A stretch of 64,000 nt of DNA. Origin: Flavobacteriaceae bacterium. Its GTDB lineage: Bacteria; Bacteroidota; Bacteroidia; Flavobacteriales; Flavobacteriaceae. Every line of letters starts with the position of its first letter. The first letter of the stretch is position 1. Positions 1-8,757 of this stretch are shown here, piece by piece. The notes under the pieces are model-generated. The model had not been told where the DNA came from and did no database searches. It saw only the letters and a list, made by a program, of their open reading frames with translations. Position numbers and translations under genes: made by a program. Location of the stretch: assembly GCA_029268555.1 (NCBI GenBank), contig JAQWNN010000041.1, forward strand, positions 56 through 64,055, given 5' to 3'.

Positions 1-115
1 CGAACGCTCTTTAGTTCGTTTAGTAGGAAAAAGAAGGAGTTTACTAGACTACTTAAAAACTAAAGATATCAATCGATACAGAGCGATAGTAAAAGAATTA
101 AGTTTACGTAAATAA
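1..115 (+). CDS. rpsO: 30S ribosomal protein S15, C-terminal fragment (5' end outside window)
   Basis: Frame 2 translates to [37 protein letters not shown] followed by TAA at 113-115, which is the conserved S15 C-terminus. It lies directly upstream of pnp, the widespread rpsO-pnp arrangement. Confidence 0.85.
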   Translation, partial: ERSLVRLVGKRRSLLDYLKTKDINRYRAIVKELSLRK

Positions 116-193
116 AATCCTTCTAACAGTCGAATCTTAGTTTTTCATTGGTTGCCACATCACACAACAACTGTTTTAACCTAATAATGAAAA

Positions 194-2320
194 ATGATTC
201 CAAAAATACTTATACAAGAAATTCGTCTTGAAGACGGAAGAACAATAACTTTAGAAACAGGAAAACTAGCTAAGCAAGCTGACGGATCCGTGGTAGTGAG
301 AATGGGAAATTGTATGCTTCTTGCTACAGCAGTATCTGCCAGAAAAAATAGCCCAGTGGACTTTTTACCTCTTACTGTAGATTACAGAGAAAAATTTGCT
401 GCTGCAGGAAGATTTCCCGGTGGATTCTTTAAGCGTGAAGCTCGTCCAAGTGATCAAGAGGTTTTGACTATGCGTCTAGTTGACCGTGTACTTCGTCCTC
501 TCTTCCCCAAAGACTATCATGCTGAAACACAGGTGATGATTCAATTGATGTCTCATGATGAGAATGTAATGCCTGATGCATTGGCAGGACTAGCTGCATC
601 TACTGCAATTCAATTATCTGATATTCCATTTGAATACCCAATTTCAGAAGTTAGAGTAGCTCGAGTAGATGGAATGTTTGTTGTTAACCCAAGTAAAGAA
701 CAACTTTTAAAATCAGATATTGATATCATGATTGGAGCCAGTCTAGATTCCGTAGCAATGGTCGAAGGAGAGTTTGATGAAATTTCTGAAGAAGAAATGC
801 TAGATGCAATTTCTTTTGGACACGAAGCTATTAAAGATCAAATAAAAGCACAAGTTGCTCTTGCAGAAGCTTTTGGAAAGAAAGAAACAAGAAGCTACGA
901 AGAAGAGGAACATGATGAAACTCTAGAAAAAACAATTCATGAGATGACTTATGATTCTTATTATGAAGTTGCCAAACAAGGTCTTTCAAAAAGTGATCGC
1001 TCAGAAAAGTTTTCTGAAATAAAACAAAATTATATTGCTACGCTGAGTGAAGAGGACGTTGAAGAAAAATCAGATCTTATTGGACGCTACTTAAACAATT
1101 CTCAGAAAAAAGCTGTTCGTGACCTAATTCTTGCGGAAGGAATCCGACTAGATGGAAGAAAAACTACCGATATCAGACCTATTTGGTGTGAAGTAGATTA
1201 CTTACCATCTACTCATGGATCAGCATTATTTACTAGAGGGGAAACTCAGGCACTGGCGACTGCAACCTTAGGTACCTCAAGAGAATCAAACATCATTGAC
1301 TCTCCTACAAATCAAGGTGAAGAAGATTTTTATCTTCACTACAACTTCCCTCCATTCTCAACAGGTGAAGCAAGACCATTAAGAGGAACTTCTAGAAGGG
1401 AAGTTGGACATGGAAATTTAGCTCAAAGAGCGCTTAAAAAAGTTTTGCCAGATAATTGTCCTTACACTGTCCGAATTGTTTCTGAAATTTTAGAATCCAA
1501 CGGATCTTCCTCCATGGCAACTGTGTGTGCAGGAACCATGGCTCTTATGGATGCTGGTATTCAAATTACAAAACCTGTTTCAGGAATTGCAATGGGATTA
1601 ATTACTGAAGGAGAAAGCTTTGCAGTACTTTCAGACATCTTAGGTGACGAAGATCACTTAGGAGATATGGACTTTAAAGTAACCGGAACGGCAGATGGAA
1701 TTACAGCCTGCTAGATGGACATAAAAATCAAAGGGTTACGTTTCGATATAATGACTCAAGCTTTGAACCAAGCAAGAGATGGAAGACTTCATATTTTAAA
1801 CCACCTTACAGAAACAATAGCAACTCCTAATGAAGACGTGAAGGCTCATGCGCCAAAAATGATCAATAGGCGTATTCCAAATGAATACATCGGTTCGCTA
1901 ATTGGTCCAGGTGGAAAAGTAATTCAAGAGCTTCAAAAGGATTCGGGATGTACGATTGTAATCAATGAGGACCCTGTTACGGAAGAAGGGATTGTTGAAA
2001 TTTTAGGAACTTCACCGGAAGGTATTGAAATGGTAGAAGCGAAAATTGATTCAATCACATTTAAACCTAAAGTTGGAAACACTTACGAAGTAAAGGTGAT
2101 TAAAATGTTGGACTTTGGGGCTGTAGTTGAATATACAGAAGCTCCTGGAAATGAAGTCTTACTTCACGTCAGTGAGTTGGCTTGGGAACGAACTGAAAAT
2201 GTTTCTGATGTTGTAAACTTAGGGGATGTATTAGAGGTAAAATATTTTGGTATTGACTCTAGAACTCGAAAAGAAAAAGTTTCACGTAAGGCTTTATTGC
2301 CAAGACCAGATAAAAAATAA
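194..2320 (+). pseudogene. pnp: Polynucleotide phosphorylase (PNPase) interrupted by one in-frame TAG at 1712-1714. The fragments are 194..1714 (two RNase PH domains) and 1715..2320 (end of PH2, KH and S1 domains). It may be a pseudogene, a sequencing error or a split gene.
   Basis: Both ORFs are in the same frame and abut. The joined translation reads ...[31 protein letters not shown]..., the PNPase motif in which Gln normally occupies the stop position. A KH motif ([13 protein letters not shown]) and an S1 domain ([17 protein letters not shown]) are intact downstream. There are no other lesions. Confidence 0.85.
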
Positions 2321-2394
2321 TTTTTTTTAAACGCTTTTGTAACAATTAGAGTTTTCCAACGTAATACTTTTATTAACCCTTTACTATTTAATGC

Positions 2395-3258
2395 ATGAGA
2401 CAACTAAAAATAACCAAACAGGTAACCAACCGAGAGACTGCTTCTCTTGATAAATATCTTCAAGAAATTGGTAAGGTAGACTTAATTACTGCTGAAGAAG
2501 AAGTTGAATTGGCTCAGCGAATCAAAGCTGGAGATCAAATTGCTTTGGAAAAATTGACTAAAGCTAATTTGCGTTTCGTTGTTTCAGTAGCTAAGCAATA
2601 CCAAAATCAGGGATTAACATTACCTGACTTGATCAATGAAGGTAATTTAGGGTTAATAAAAGCTGCACAACGTTTTGATGAAACCCGTGGGTTTAAGTTT
2701 ATTTCTTATGCTGTATGGTGGATTCGGCAATCTATTCTGCAAGCACTAGCAGAGCAATCGAGAATTGTAAGGTTACCACTTAATAAAATTGGATCCATCA
2801 ATAAAATTAACAAAACCTATGCTTTTCTTGAGCAAGCACACGAACGTGCGCCCTCAGCTGAAGAAATTGCTAAGGAATTGGACATGACCATTAACGATGT
2901 TAAAGAATCACTTAAAAATTCAGGTCGCCACGTATCTATGGATGCTCCTTTGGTTGAAGGTGAAGACTCTAACCTCTACGATGTATTGAATAGTGGAGAG
3001 TCACCTAATCCGGATAGAACTTTATTGCATGAGTCTCTTAGAACCGAAATTGAAAGAGCTCTTGAAACATTGACACCTAGAGAAGCTGATGTTGTTCGAT
3101 TATATTTCGGCCTAGGAAATCAACACGCAATGACACTTGAAGAAATAGGTGAAACATTTGACCTTACACGAGAGCGTGTCCGTCAAATTAAAGAGAAGGC
3201 AATTCGAAGACTCAAACACACATCCAGAAGTAAAATTCTGAAAACCTATTTAGGTTAA
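2395..3258 (+). CDS. rpoD: Primary RNA polymerase sigma factor (sigma-70 family, short Bacteroidota SigA type)
   Basis: 287 aa. Region 2 is [18 protein letters not shown]...[10 protein letters not shown]. Region 4.2 helix-turn-helix is [27 protein letters not shown]. It lacks the long region 1.1/non-conserved insert, as is typical for Bacteroidota. Confidence 0.92.
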   Translation: MRQLKITKQVTNRETASLDKYLQEIGKVDLITAEEEVELAQRIKAGDQIALEKLTKANLRFVVSVAKQYQNQGLTLPDLINEGNLGLIKAAQRFDETRGFKFISYAVWWIRQSILQALAEQSRIVRLPLNKIGSINKINKTYAFLEQAHERAPSAEEIAKELDMTINDVKESLKNSGRHVSMDAPLVEGEDSNLYDVLNSGESPNPDRTLLHESLRTEIERALETLTPREADVVRLYFGLGNQHAMTLEEIGETFDLTRERVRQIKEKAIRRLKHTSRSKILKTYLG

Positions 3259-3264
3259 TCATTT

Positions 3265-3291
3265 AGGCAACTTTTAAAGGTTGCTTTTTTT
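3265..3291 (+). terminator. Putative rho-independent terminator after rpoD
   Basis: GCAAC(TT)...(AG)GTTGC stem at 3267-3284, followed by a T7 run at 3285-3291, just after the rpoD stop. Confidence 0.55.
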
Positions 3292-3313
3292 GTATCTTTA
3301 ATTAAAGTATTTT

Positions 3314-3967
3314 ATGTCATCACTTATCGCACCTTCTATTTTAGCAGCAGACTTTGGAAATTTAGAAAGAGACTGTAATATGGTTAATTGTAGTGAAGCT
3401 GATTGGTTTCACATTGACATCATGGATGGTCTTTTTGTTCCCAATATTTCTTTCGGTATGCCTGTTGTAGCTGCAATTCAAAAATATGCTCAAAAACCTC
3501 TAGATGTTCATTTGATGATAATTGATCCTGATCGTTACATTGAAACTTTTCAGAAACTCGGAGCAGAAGTATTAACCGTTCATTATGAAGCATGTAATCA
3601 CCTTCATAGCAGTATTCAAAAAATAAAATCTTATGGAATGAAAGCTGGGGTAGCACTCAATCCACATACTCCAATTAATCATCTCAGAGATATTATTCAA
3701 GATGTCGATTTAGTTTGCTTAATGAGTGTTAACCCCGGTTTTGGGGGACAATCTTTTATTGAAAACACTTTTATCAAAACAATGGAACTAAAACAACTAA
3801 TCAAAGAAAACCATAGTGATTGTTTAATCGAAATAGACGGTGGTGTTACGAATCAAAATGCAGCTCAGCTAATATCCAGTGGCGCAGATGTTCTTGTTGC
3901 GGGTAGCCACGTTTTTAAATCCGACGATCCCTTAGAAAAAATTAAAACTTTAAAAAATATTACTTAA
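3314..3967 (+). CDS. rpe: Ribulose-phosphate 3-epimerase
   Basis: 217 aa. Motifs [23 protein letters not shown] and [11 protein letters not shown] are characteristic of Rpe. Confidence 0.93.
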   Translation: MSSLIAPSILAADFGNLERDCNMVNCSEADWFHIDIMDGLFVPNISFGMPVVAAIQKYAQKPLDVHLMIIDPDRYIETFQKLGAEVLTVHYEACNHLHSSIQKIKSYGMKAGVALNPHTPINHLRDIIQDVDLVCLMSVNPGFGGQSFIENTFIKTMELKQLIKENHSDCLIEIDGGVTNQNAAQLISSGADVLVAGSHVFKSDDPLEKIKTLKNIT

Positions 3968-5286
3968 TTCCTTTTGGGCTTGAATTGAACTCTCCTGTTC
4001 ATTGCCCTACCTTGAGGATTTGAATTGTCTCCCAATGGTTTTAACTCTCCATATCCCTCTGCTTCAAGGCGATTAGCAGAAATACCTAAATTAATTAGAT
4101 AATCTAGTACGGCTTTTGCTCTTCTAACCGATAAATCAATATTGAAGTCTTCATCACCGTCAGAAGAAGCATAACCTTCAATTATAATATTTCCTTTTGG
4201 ATTTTCGGATAGAATATTTTTTATATCCTTTAAAACCTCTCTAGTTTTTTTACCTATTATTTTAGAACTATTGGCAGGAAAATAAATTTTAGATCCAAAT
4301 TCATTTAGAGTGGCTACTATTTCAGAGGATAATTCTGGACAACCTTTATTTGAAAGAATTCCTGCTTCATCTTTACACAGATCATCTTTGTCAGGTACAC
4401 CATCCCCATCAGAATCTGGCCATGGACATCCATTATTTACATTAGGCCCTTGAGCTCCTTTACATTCATCAATATCATCTGAAATGCCGTCTCCATCACT
4501 ATCAGGACAACCATTCATATCGTTCATACCGTATTCTTCAGGGCAATTATCATCAAGATCAGAGATACCATCACCATCTGAATCAATACAACCATTAAAT
4601 TCTGTTGTCCCTGATATTTCAGGACATTGATCTTCCTTATCTGGAATTCCATCACCGTCTGTATCTGGGCAACCCTCGAATTCTTTTAATCCAGGTACGT
4701 CTGGACATTTATCATTTTTATCCGAAATACCATCTTTATCCGAATCACCAGATCCAAAACTATAAACTATTCCAACAAAGTTTTGCAAATGATTAAAGCC
4801 ATCATTTTCGTTCATGGTCCTATAAGTTGACTGCAAATTAATGGATACATTATCCGTCAAATAATAGCCAATACCTACCCCCCCCAAAATAGTTCTACTA
4901 GTTTCAGAAGAAGGAAATAAACCCTTTCTATCAATACCATCTGAAAAGAGTGAAAAACCATAGCCCCCAATAAAATAAGGAACAATATTTCCCTCAGATA
5001 AATTGAACTTTAGAAAGCCATCTACTGAAGAATAATTATAAGAATCATTAAAATTATTAACCTTACCGATTGAAATCTGGGAACCAATAGATAAGCCACT
5101 ACTTAAAAATCTACTTAAGCCGAGGGCAGGTCCTCCGAAATTTATTCCATCTTCAAGATTATTACCTAATAAATATAAAATATTTGAATTTACCGAAAAA
5201 GACCAAGGTTTATCTAAAGTTTGAGCTTTTATATTATGTAAAAACAAAAATGATAAACAAATAAAAGATGAAATTAAGTTTTTCAT
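3964..5286 (-). CDS. OmpA-family outer membrane protein with thrombospondin type-3 (TSP3) calcium-binding repeats
   Basis: Signal peptide [22 protein letters not shown]. The listed ORF start at 5307 is a TTG, so the ATG at 5286 is more likely. The N-terminal part is beta-barrel-like. The central part carries DxDxDGxxDxxDxCP repeats. The C-terminal OmpA domain reads ...[16 protein letters not shown]...[10 protein letters not shown]. Confidence 0.88.
   Translation of the reverse strand: MKNLISSFICLSFLFLHNIKAQTLDKPWSFSVNSNILYLLGNNLEDGINFGGPALGLSRFLSSGLSIGSQISIGKVNNFNDSYNYSSVDGFLKFNLSEGNIVPYFIGGYGFSLFSDGIDRKGLFPSSETSRTILGGVGIGYYLTDNVSINLQSTYRTMNENDGFNHLQNFVGIVYSFGSGDSDKDGISDKNDKCPDVPGLKEFEGCPDTDGDGIPDKEDQCPEISGTTEFNGCIDSDGDGISDLDDNCPEEYGMNDMNGCPDSDGDGISDDIDECKGAQGPNVNNGCPWPDSDGDGVPDKDDLCKDEAGILSNKGCPELSSEIVATLNEFGSKIYFPANSSKIIGKKTREVLKDIKNILSENPKGNIIIEGYASSDGDEDFNIDLSVRRAKAVLDYLINLGISANRLEAEGYGELKPLGDNSNPQGRAMNRRVQFKPKRN
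4336..4749 (-). repeat. In-gene tandem TSP3-like repeats (about 5 units of D.D.DG..D..D.CP)
   Basis: The translation shows [59 protein letters not shown] and [14 protein letters not shown]. Confidence 0.85.
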
Positions 5287-5295
5287 ATAAAAGAT

Positions 5296-5341
5296 ATTGT
5301 AATACAATAACTTTTAAATAAAAAAATTATTGCAATACAAT
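5296..5341 (-). promoter_or_regulatory. Two copies of a 13-bp palindrome (ATTGTAATACAAT at 5296-5308; ATTGCAATACAAT at 5329-5341) upstream of the OmpA/TSP3 gene; candidate operator
   Basis: Read directly from the sequence. Half-sites ATTGTA/TACAAT are exact reverse complements in copy 1, and copy 2 differs at one position. Start-to-start spacing is 33 bp. Copy 1 ends 10 nt upstream of the ATG at 5286. Confidence 0.35.
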
Positions 5342-5361
5342 TAATTTTTATTCAAACAAAT

Positions 5362-5538
5362 TTAATCTAAATCCTTGCTAGATTTGAAAATTGAAGGGAA
5401 TTTTCTCTCAATCCAATCTGGAATATAGTTGTTGTTTTCATCTTCTTCCAAACCCGTAGCAGTTGATATGACAGCATATAATATGACACCTCCAACAAGT
5501 GTTACTGCACCGATTATAACAATTACAATATCATCCAT
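5362..5538 (-). CDS. Hypothetical small membrane protein (58 aa), below the cutoff of the supplied ORF track
   Basis: The ATG (5536-5538 complement) to TAA (5362-5364 complement) gives MDDIVIVIIGAVTLVGGVILYAVISTATGLEEDENNNYIPDWIERKFPSIFKSSKDLD. It has one clear TM helix plus an acidic tail. It is co-oriented between the 1007-aa gene and the OmpA-like gene. I recognise no homology. Confidence 0.35.
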   Translation of the reverse strand: MDDIVIVIIGAVTLVGGVILYAVISTATGLEEDENNNYIPDWIERKFPSIFKSSKDLD

Positions 5539-5591
5539 AATGATAATTTAAAACTTTAACTGAAATTACAAAAAAATTACATCCTGCAAAA

Positions 5592-8500
5592 TTAATTTGA
5601 GGAAATTCGCATAATGTCTTCTTTTAAAATATTTGATAGTGTCTGGATAAGGAACTTCGCATTCTGTTTTGAAAAAATAATGGGTGGTTTTATTTTTATA
5701 ACATTATTATCAGGACCGTCAGTACTCATCAGGATTCCATAATTTTTCATTCTATTGATTAAATATATTGCTTGTTCTGCTAACGGATTCCTGTTTTTTA
5801 AAACCAATTCTATTCCTAAAAAAAGACCCTGACCTCTTATTGAACCGATTATTGGGTGCTTATTTGCTAATTTATTTAACTCAAATTTTAAGTATTCACC
5901 TACTTTAAAAGCGTTAGATTGAAGCTGCTCTTCTTTCACAACTTCAATGACTTCCTTTGCAATGGCACAGGAAACAGGATTCCCCCCGAAGGTGTTGAAG
6001 AATTCCATTCCATTTGCGAATTTTTCAGCAACCTGCTCTGAACAAACTACAGCAGCAACAGGGTGTCCATTACCTAATGGCTTTCCGAGGGTAATAATAT
6101 CTGGAATTACTCCGTGGAGTTCAAATCCCCAAAAAGTCTTCCCTAGACGCCCAAGACCAGTTTGTACCTCATCTGAAATACAAAGACCTCCTGCTTTTCT
6201 CACTTGAGAATAAATACTTTTTAAAAATCCGTCTGGTAATTCTACTTGACCTCCACAACTTAAAATTGGTTCAATAATAAAACCACCAAGACTATTTCCT
6301 TTTTTTTGGAGGTCACTAATCAAAACCTTTATCTCATTTGCATATTTATCTGATACATCAGCACCCCTATATTTTCCCCTAAAAGAATCAGGCATAGGAA
6401 ATACATGAATATGATTTGGAGCACCTTGTCCACCTTCACCATCAAATTTGTAAGAACTAATTTCAATACATCCATTTGTATTTCCATGATAGCCTACTTC
6501 AGAAACAAGCATTTGATTTGATCCGGTTGCAGCCTTTACCATTCTTAATGCCAATTCATTTGCTTCACTTCCTGAATTTACAAAATGAAATATGCTTAAT
6601 TTAGGAGGTAAGGTTTCTTTTAATTTCTCAGCTAAATCGGTTATGTTTTCATGTAAGTATCTGGTATTTGTATTTAAAATTCCCATTTGTTTCTGCCCAG
6701 CAATTACAGCTCTAGGGTTCTCGTGCCCAATATGGGCTACGTTATTTACAGTATCTAAATACTTCCTTCCATTCTGATCAATTAAATAAACTCCTGACCC
6801 CCTAACAATATGAAGTGGATCCTGATATTGTAAACTCATCCCTTTTCCTAGATATTTATTTCTCGATCTTAAAATTTGTGATGTTTTATTATTGTTAAAA
6901 GGACTCAACTCTTTCAATTTAAAAAGTAAATTTGGATCAGGGCAAATCGATTTCCAAATTTGTCTTTGATTATAATATGCTACACCTGGAAAATCATTCT
7001 CATAGTTGAGAAGACTTAAAACTATTTGAAAGTGAAGATGGGAAGACCAGCTGCCATTTTCTGTTGAATTCCCAATGAAACCAATCTGCTCTCCTTTTTT
7101 TAATTGATCACCAACTTTGAGCTTAAGAATACTTGAATATGACAAATGCCCATATAATGTATAAAAAACTATTCCATCTTCATTATGCTGAAGAATAACC
7201 AATCCTCCATATTTCTTATTACCCTTGTCATTAATGGAAATAATTACTTCTCCATCAAGAAAACTATGAACAGGAGTATCAGCACGCGCCCAAAAATCTA
7301 CACCCAAATGTATGCATCGGCTTTCAAGGCCATGATTTCCTGTTTTCTCATAGGATGAGTCCGTGTAAATTGGTCTTGGCTCTAAATAACCTCCAGAAAT
7401 AATTTTTTTTGGATTTCCCTTTTGAATTTTATTCAATTCGTAATCAAACCAGTCTAGATCATTAAATTCAGTGGGATTCCCCAACCAGGGGCTTGATACA
7501 CTCAAATCCAAGTGATATACTTGTTCTTTTTGTAAGGAAGGAAAAAGAGATTTAAGGGAAACTGTTTTAGATGATGCCCAGTTTGAAAATTCATTACTTT
7601 GAGGATGTGGATAAAAACCACATGCTTCCCGGAAATTGTAATGGGCAAATTCGGGATCTATACTGTCCCATTTTCTAAGTAGTTCCCATGCAGATTTGTC
7701 ACTAATTTGGAGATAAGTGTTTTTAGGTTCTTTTAATTTATTAATCCTAGATTTTGTTACTGATATAATAAGTCGAATCCCAATACAAACATAGAGGCAA
7801 GCTAAAGCTTCCTCTTCTATCGAAAATGCTTGATTGTATCCTTTTACTATTGAAAGAGAAGCTTGTAATGGATCTTCAAGATCCATGATAGCATAACAAC
7901 AACTTATCGCTAAATCGTTTATTACCTGAGTATAGATAGCATCTCCATAGTCAATTAATCCAATTACTTCAGGGTTAAACACACTTTCAGAAACAATACA
8001 ATTAAAATTATTGGCATCGTTATGAACAACACTTTTTTGAAGTGAGTGATATTCTGGATGAATTTTTTCAAATAAATTAACCATATTCAAAATCAACTTC
8101 TGGTCTTTCAATTCAAAAAGATTCAAATATTTTTTTGTCCAGAGGCCTTTGGCAATATCCCATTCGAAAGTTCGATGTGCGAAGTCATGATCAAAATCAT
8201 TTAAGAATTTGGAAAGAGTACCACAGGTAAAACCTAACTCATAGCGGAGATTTTCAGTATGGGGATTTACCTGATTCCAAATCCGTCCAGGAATCCAACT
8301 GAGAAGCATAATGCTTCTTTTATAACCTTTAGAATCCGTAAAAAAAGTAGATGAATATCCACATTTAGTTTTTATAACTTTAGGGGCTAATAAATTTTTA
8401 TCCTTAGCCATTAAATACAACAATATTTTTTCTTGAAAGTCTAAAAATTTTTGCTGTCTTTCTTTTGCAAATACTTTAAGTATAAATGTGTTACCCTTAG

Positions 8501-8615
8501 TTGTATTAACTTTATAATTATTATCTATTTCACCTTCCAAAGGTGTTAGTTCACCCCTCAATTTGTAATCCTCTAAAAGAATATTTTTTAGACGATTAAT
8601 GGATTTTATATGCAT
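5592..8615 (-). CDS. Three-domain fusion protein: APH-type (hydroxylysine-kinase-like) kinase + M23 metallopeptidase domain + AGXT2L-type class III PLP-dependent enzyme (putative phospho-lyase/aminotransferase)
   Basis: 1007 aa with no signal peptide. Residues 1-330 carry the kinase catalytic loop [10 protein letters not shown] and the Mg-binding motif GLIDYGD. Residues 430-530 carry the M23 ligands HLGVD (HxxxD) and HLHF (HxH). Residues 585-1007 read [37 protein letters not shown] and [10 protein letters not shown] (PLP lysine), closely resembling vertebrate AGXT2L1/AGXT2L2. Confidence 0.9.
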   Translation of the reverse strand: MHIKSINRLKNILLEDYKLRGELTPLEGEIDNNYKVNTTKGNTFILKVFAKERQQKFLDFQEKILLYLMAKDKNLLAPKVIKTKCGYSSTFFTDSKGYKRSIMLLSWIPGRIWNQVNPHTENLRYELGFTCGTLSKFLNDFDHDFAHRTFEWDIAKGLWTKKYLNLFELKDQKLILNMVNLFEKIHPEYHSLQKSVVHNDANNFNCIVSESVFNPEVIGLIDYGDAIYTQVINDLAISCCYAIMDLEDPLQASLSIVKGYNQAFSIEEEALACLYVCIGIRLIISVTKSRINKLKEPKNTYLQISDKSAWELLRKWDSIDPEFAHYNFREACGFYPHPQSNEFSNWASSKTVSLKSLFPSLQKEQVYHLDLSVSSPWLGNPTEFNDLDWFDYELNKIQKGNPKKIISGGYLEPRPIYTDSSYEKTGNHGLESRCIHLGVDFWARADTPVHSFLDGEVIISINDKGNKKYGGLVILQHNEDGIVFYTLYGHLSYSSILKLKVGDQLKKGEQIGFIGNSTENGSWSSHLHFQIVLSLLNYENDFPGVAYYNQRQIWKSICPDPNLLFKLKELSPFNNNKTSQILRSRNKYLGKGMSLQYQDPLHIVRGSGVYLIDQNGRKYLDTVNNVAHIGHENPRAVIAGQKQMGILNTNTRYLHENITDLAEKLKETLPPKLSIFHFVNSGSEANELALRMVKAATGSNQMLVSEVGYHGNTNGCIEISSYKFDGEGGQGAPNHIHVFPMPDSFRGKYRGADVSDKYANEIKVLISDLQKKGNSLGGFIIEPILSCGGQVELPDGFLKSIYSQVRKAGGLCISDEVQTGLGRLGKTFWGFELHGVIPDIITLGKPLGNGHPVAAVVCSEQVAEKFANGMEFFNTFGGNPVSCAIAKEVIEVVKEEQLQSNAFKVGEYLKFELNKLANKHPIIGSIRGQGLFLGIELVLKNRNPLAEQAIYLINRMKNYGILMSTDGPDNNVIKIKPPIIFSKQNAKFLIQTLSNILKEDIMRISSN

Positions 8616-8757
8616 ACCTAATTTCAGATTATTCTAAATTAAGCTTATCTAATTTAATAAATATAATCACGCTATATTTAAATTTTTTAATAAAAGTTAA
8701 TGAAATGTTAATATAATATTTTATTTTTAACCTCATTTATATTAAAATTAGCTAATT

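Noticed and set aside
2164-2403. Short ORFs overlapping real genes on the opposite strand or in other frames. Examples are 2164-2403, 3420-3656, 4605-4796, 5947-6207, 16689-17090, 23554-23853, 26130-26438, 27878-28234, 38303-38593, 43831-44100, 47232-47465 and 62683-62982.
   Set aside because: All are nested in strongly supported conserved genes and show no recognisable motifs and odd composition. I treat them as spurious.
4878-4885. Homopolymeric G/C tracts of 7-8 nt in an AT-rich genome as possible phase-variation switches. Examples are C8 at 4878-4885, and G7 runs near 18165, 38287, 47395, 56797 and 58906.
   Set aside because: All lie inside intact reading frames, where they encode Gly-Gly or Pro-Pro in conserved positions of mostly essential or housekeeping genes. 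There is no promoter or 5'-end placement typical of contingency loci. They remain possible homopolymer error sites for sequencing.
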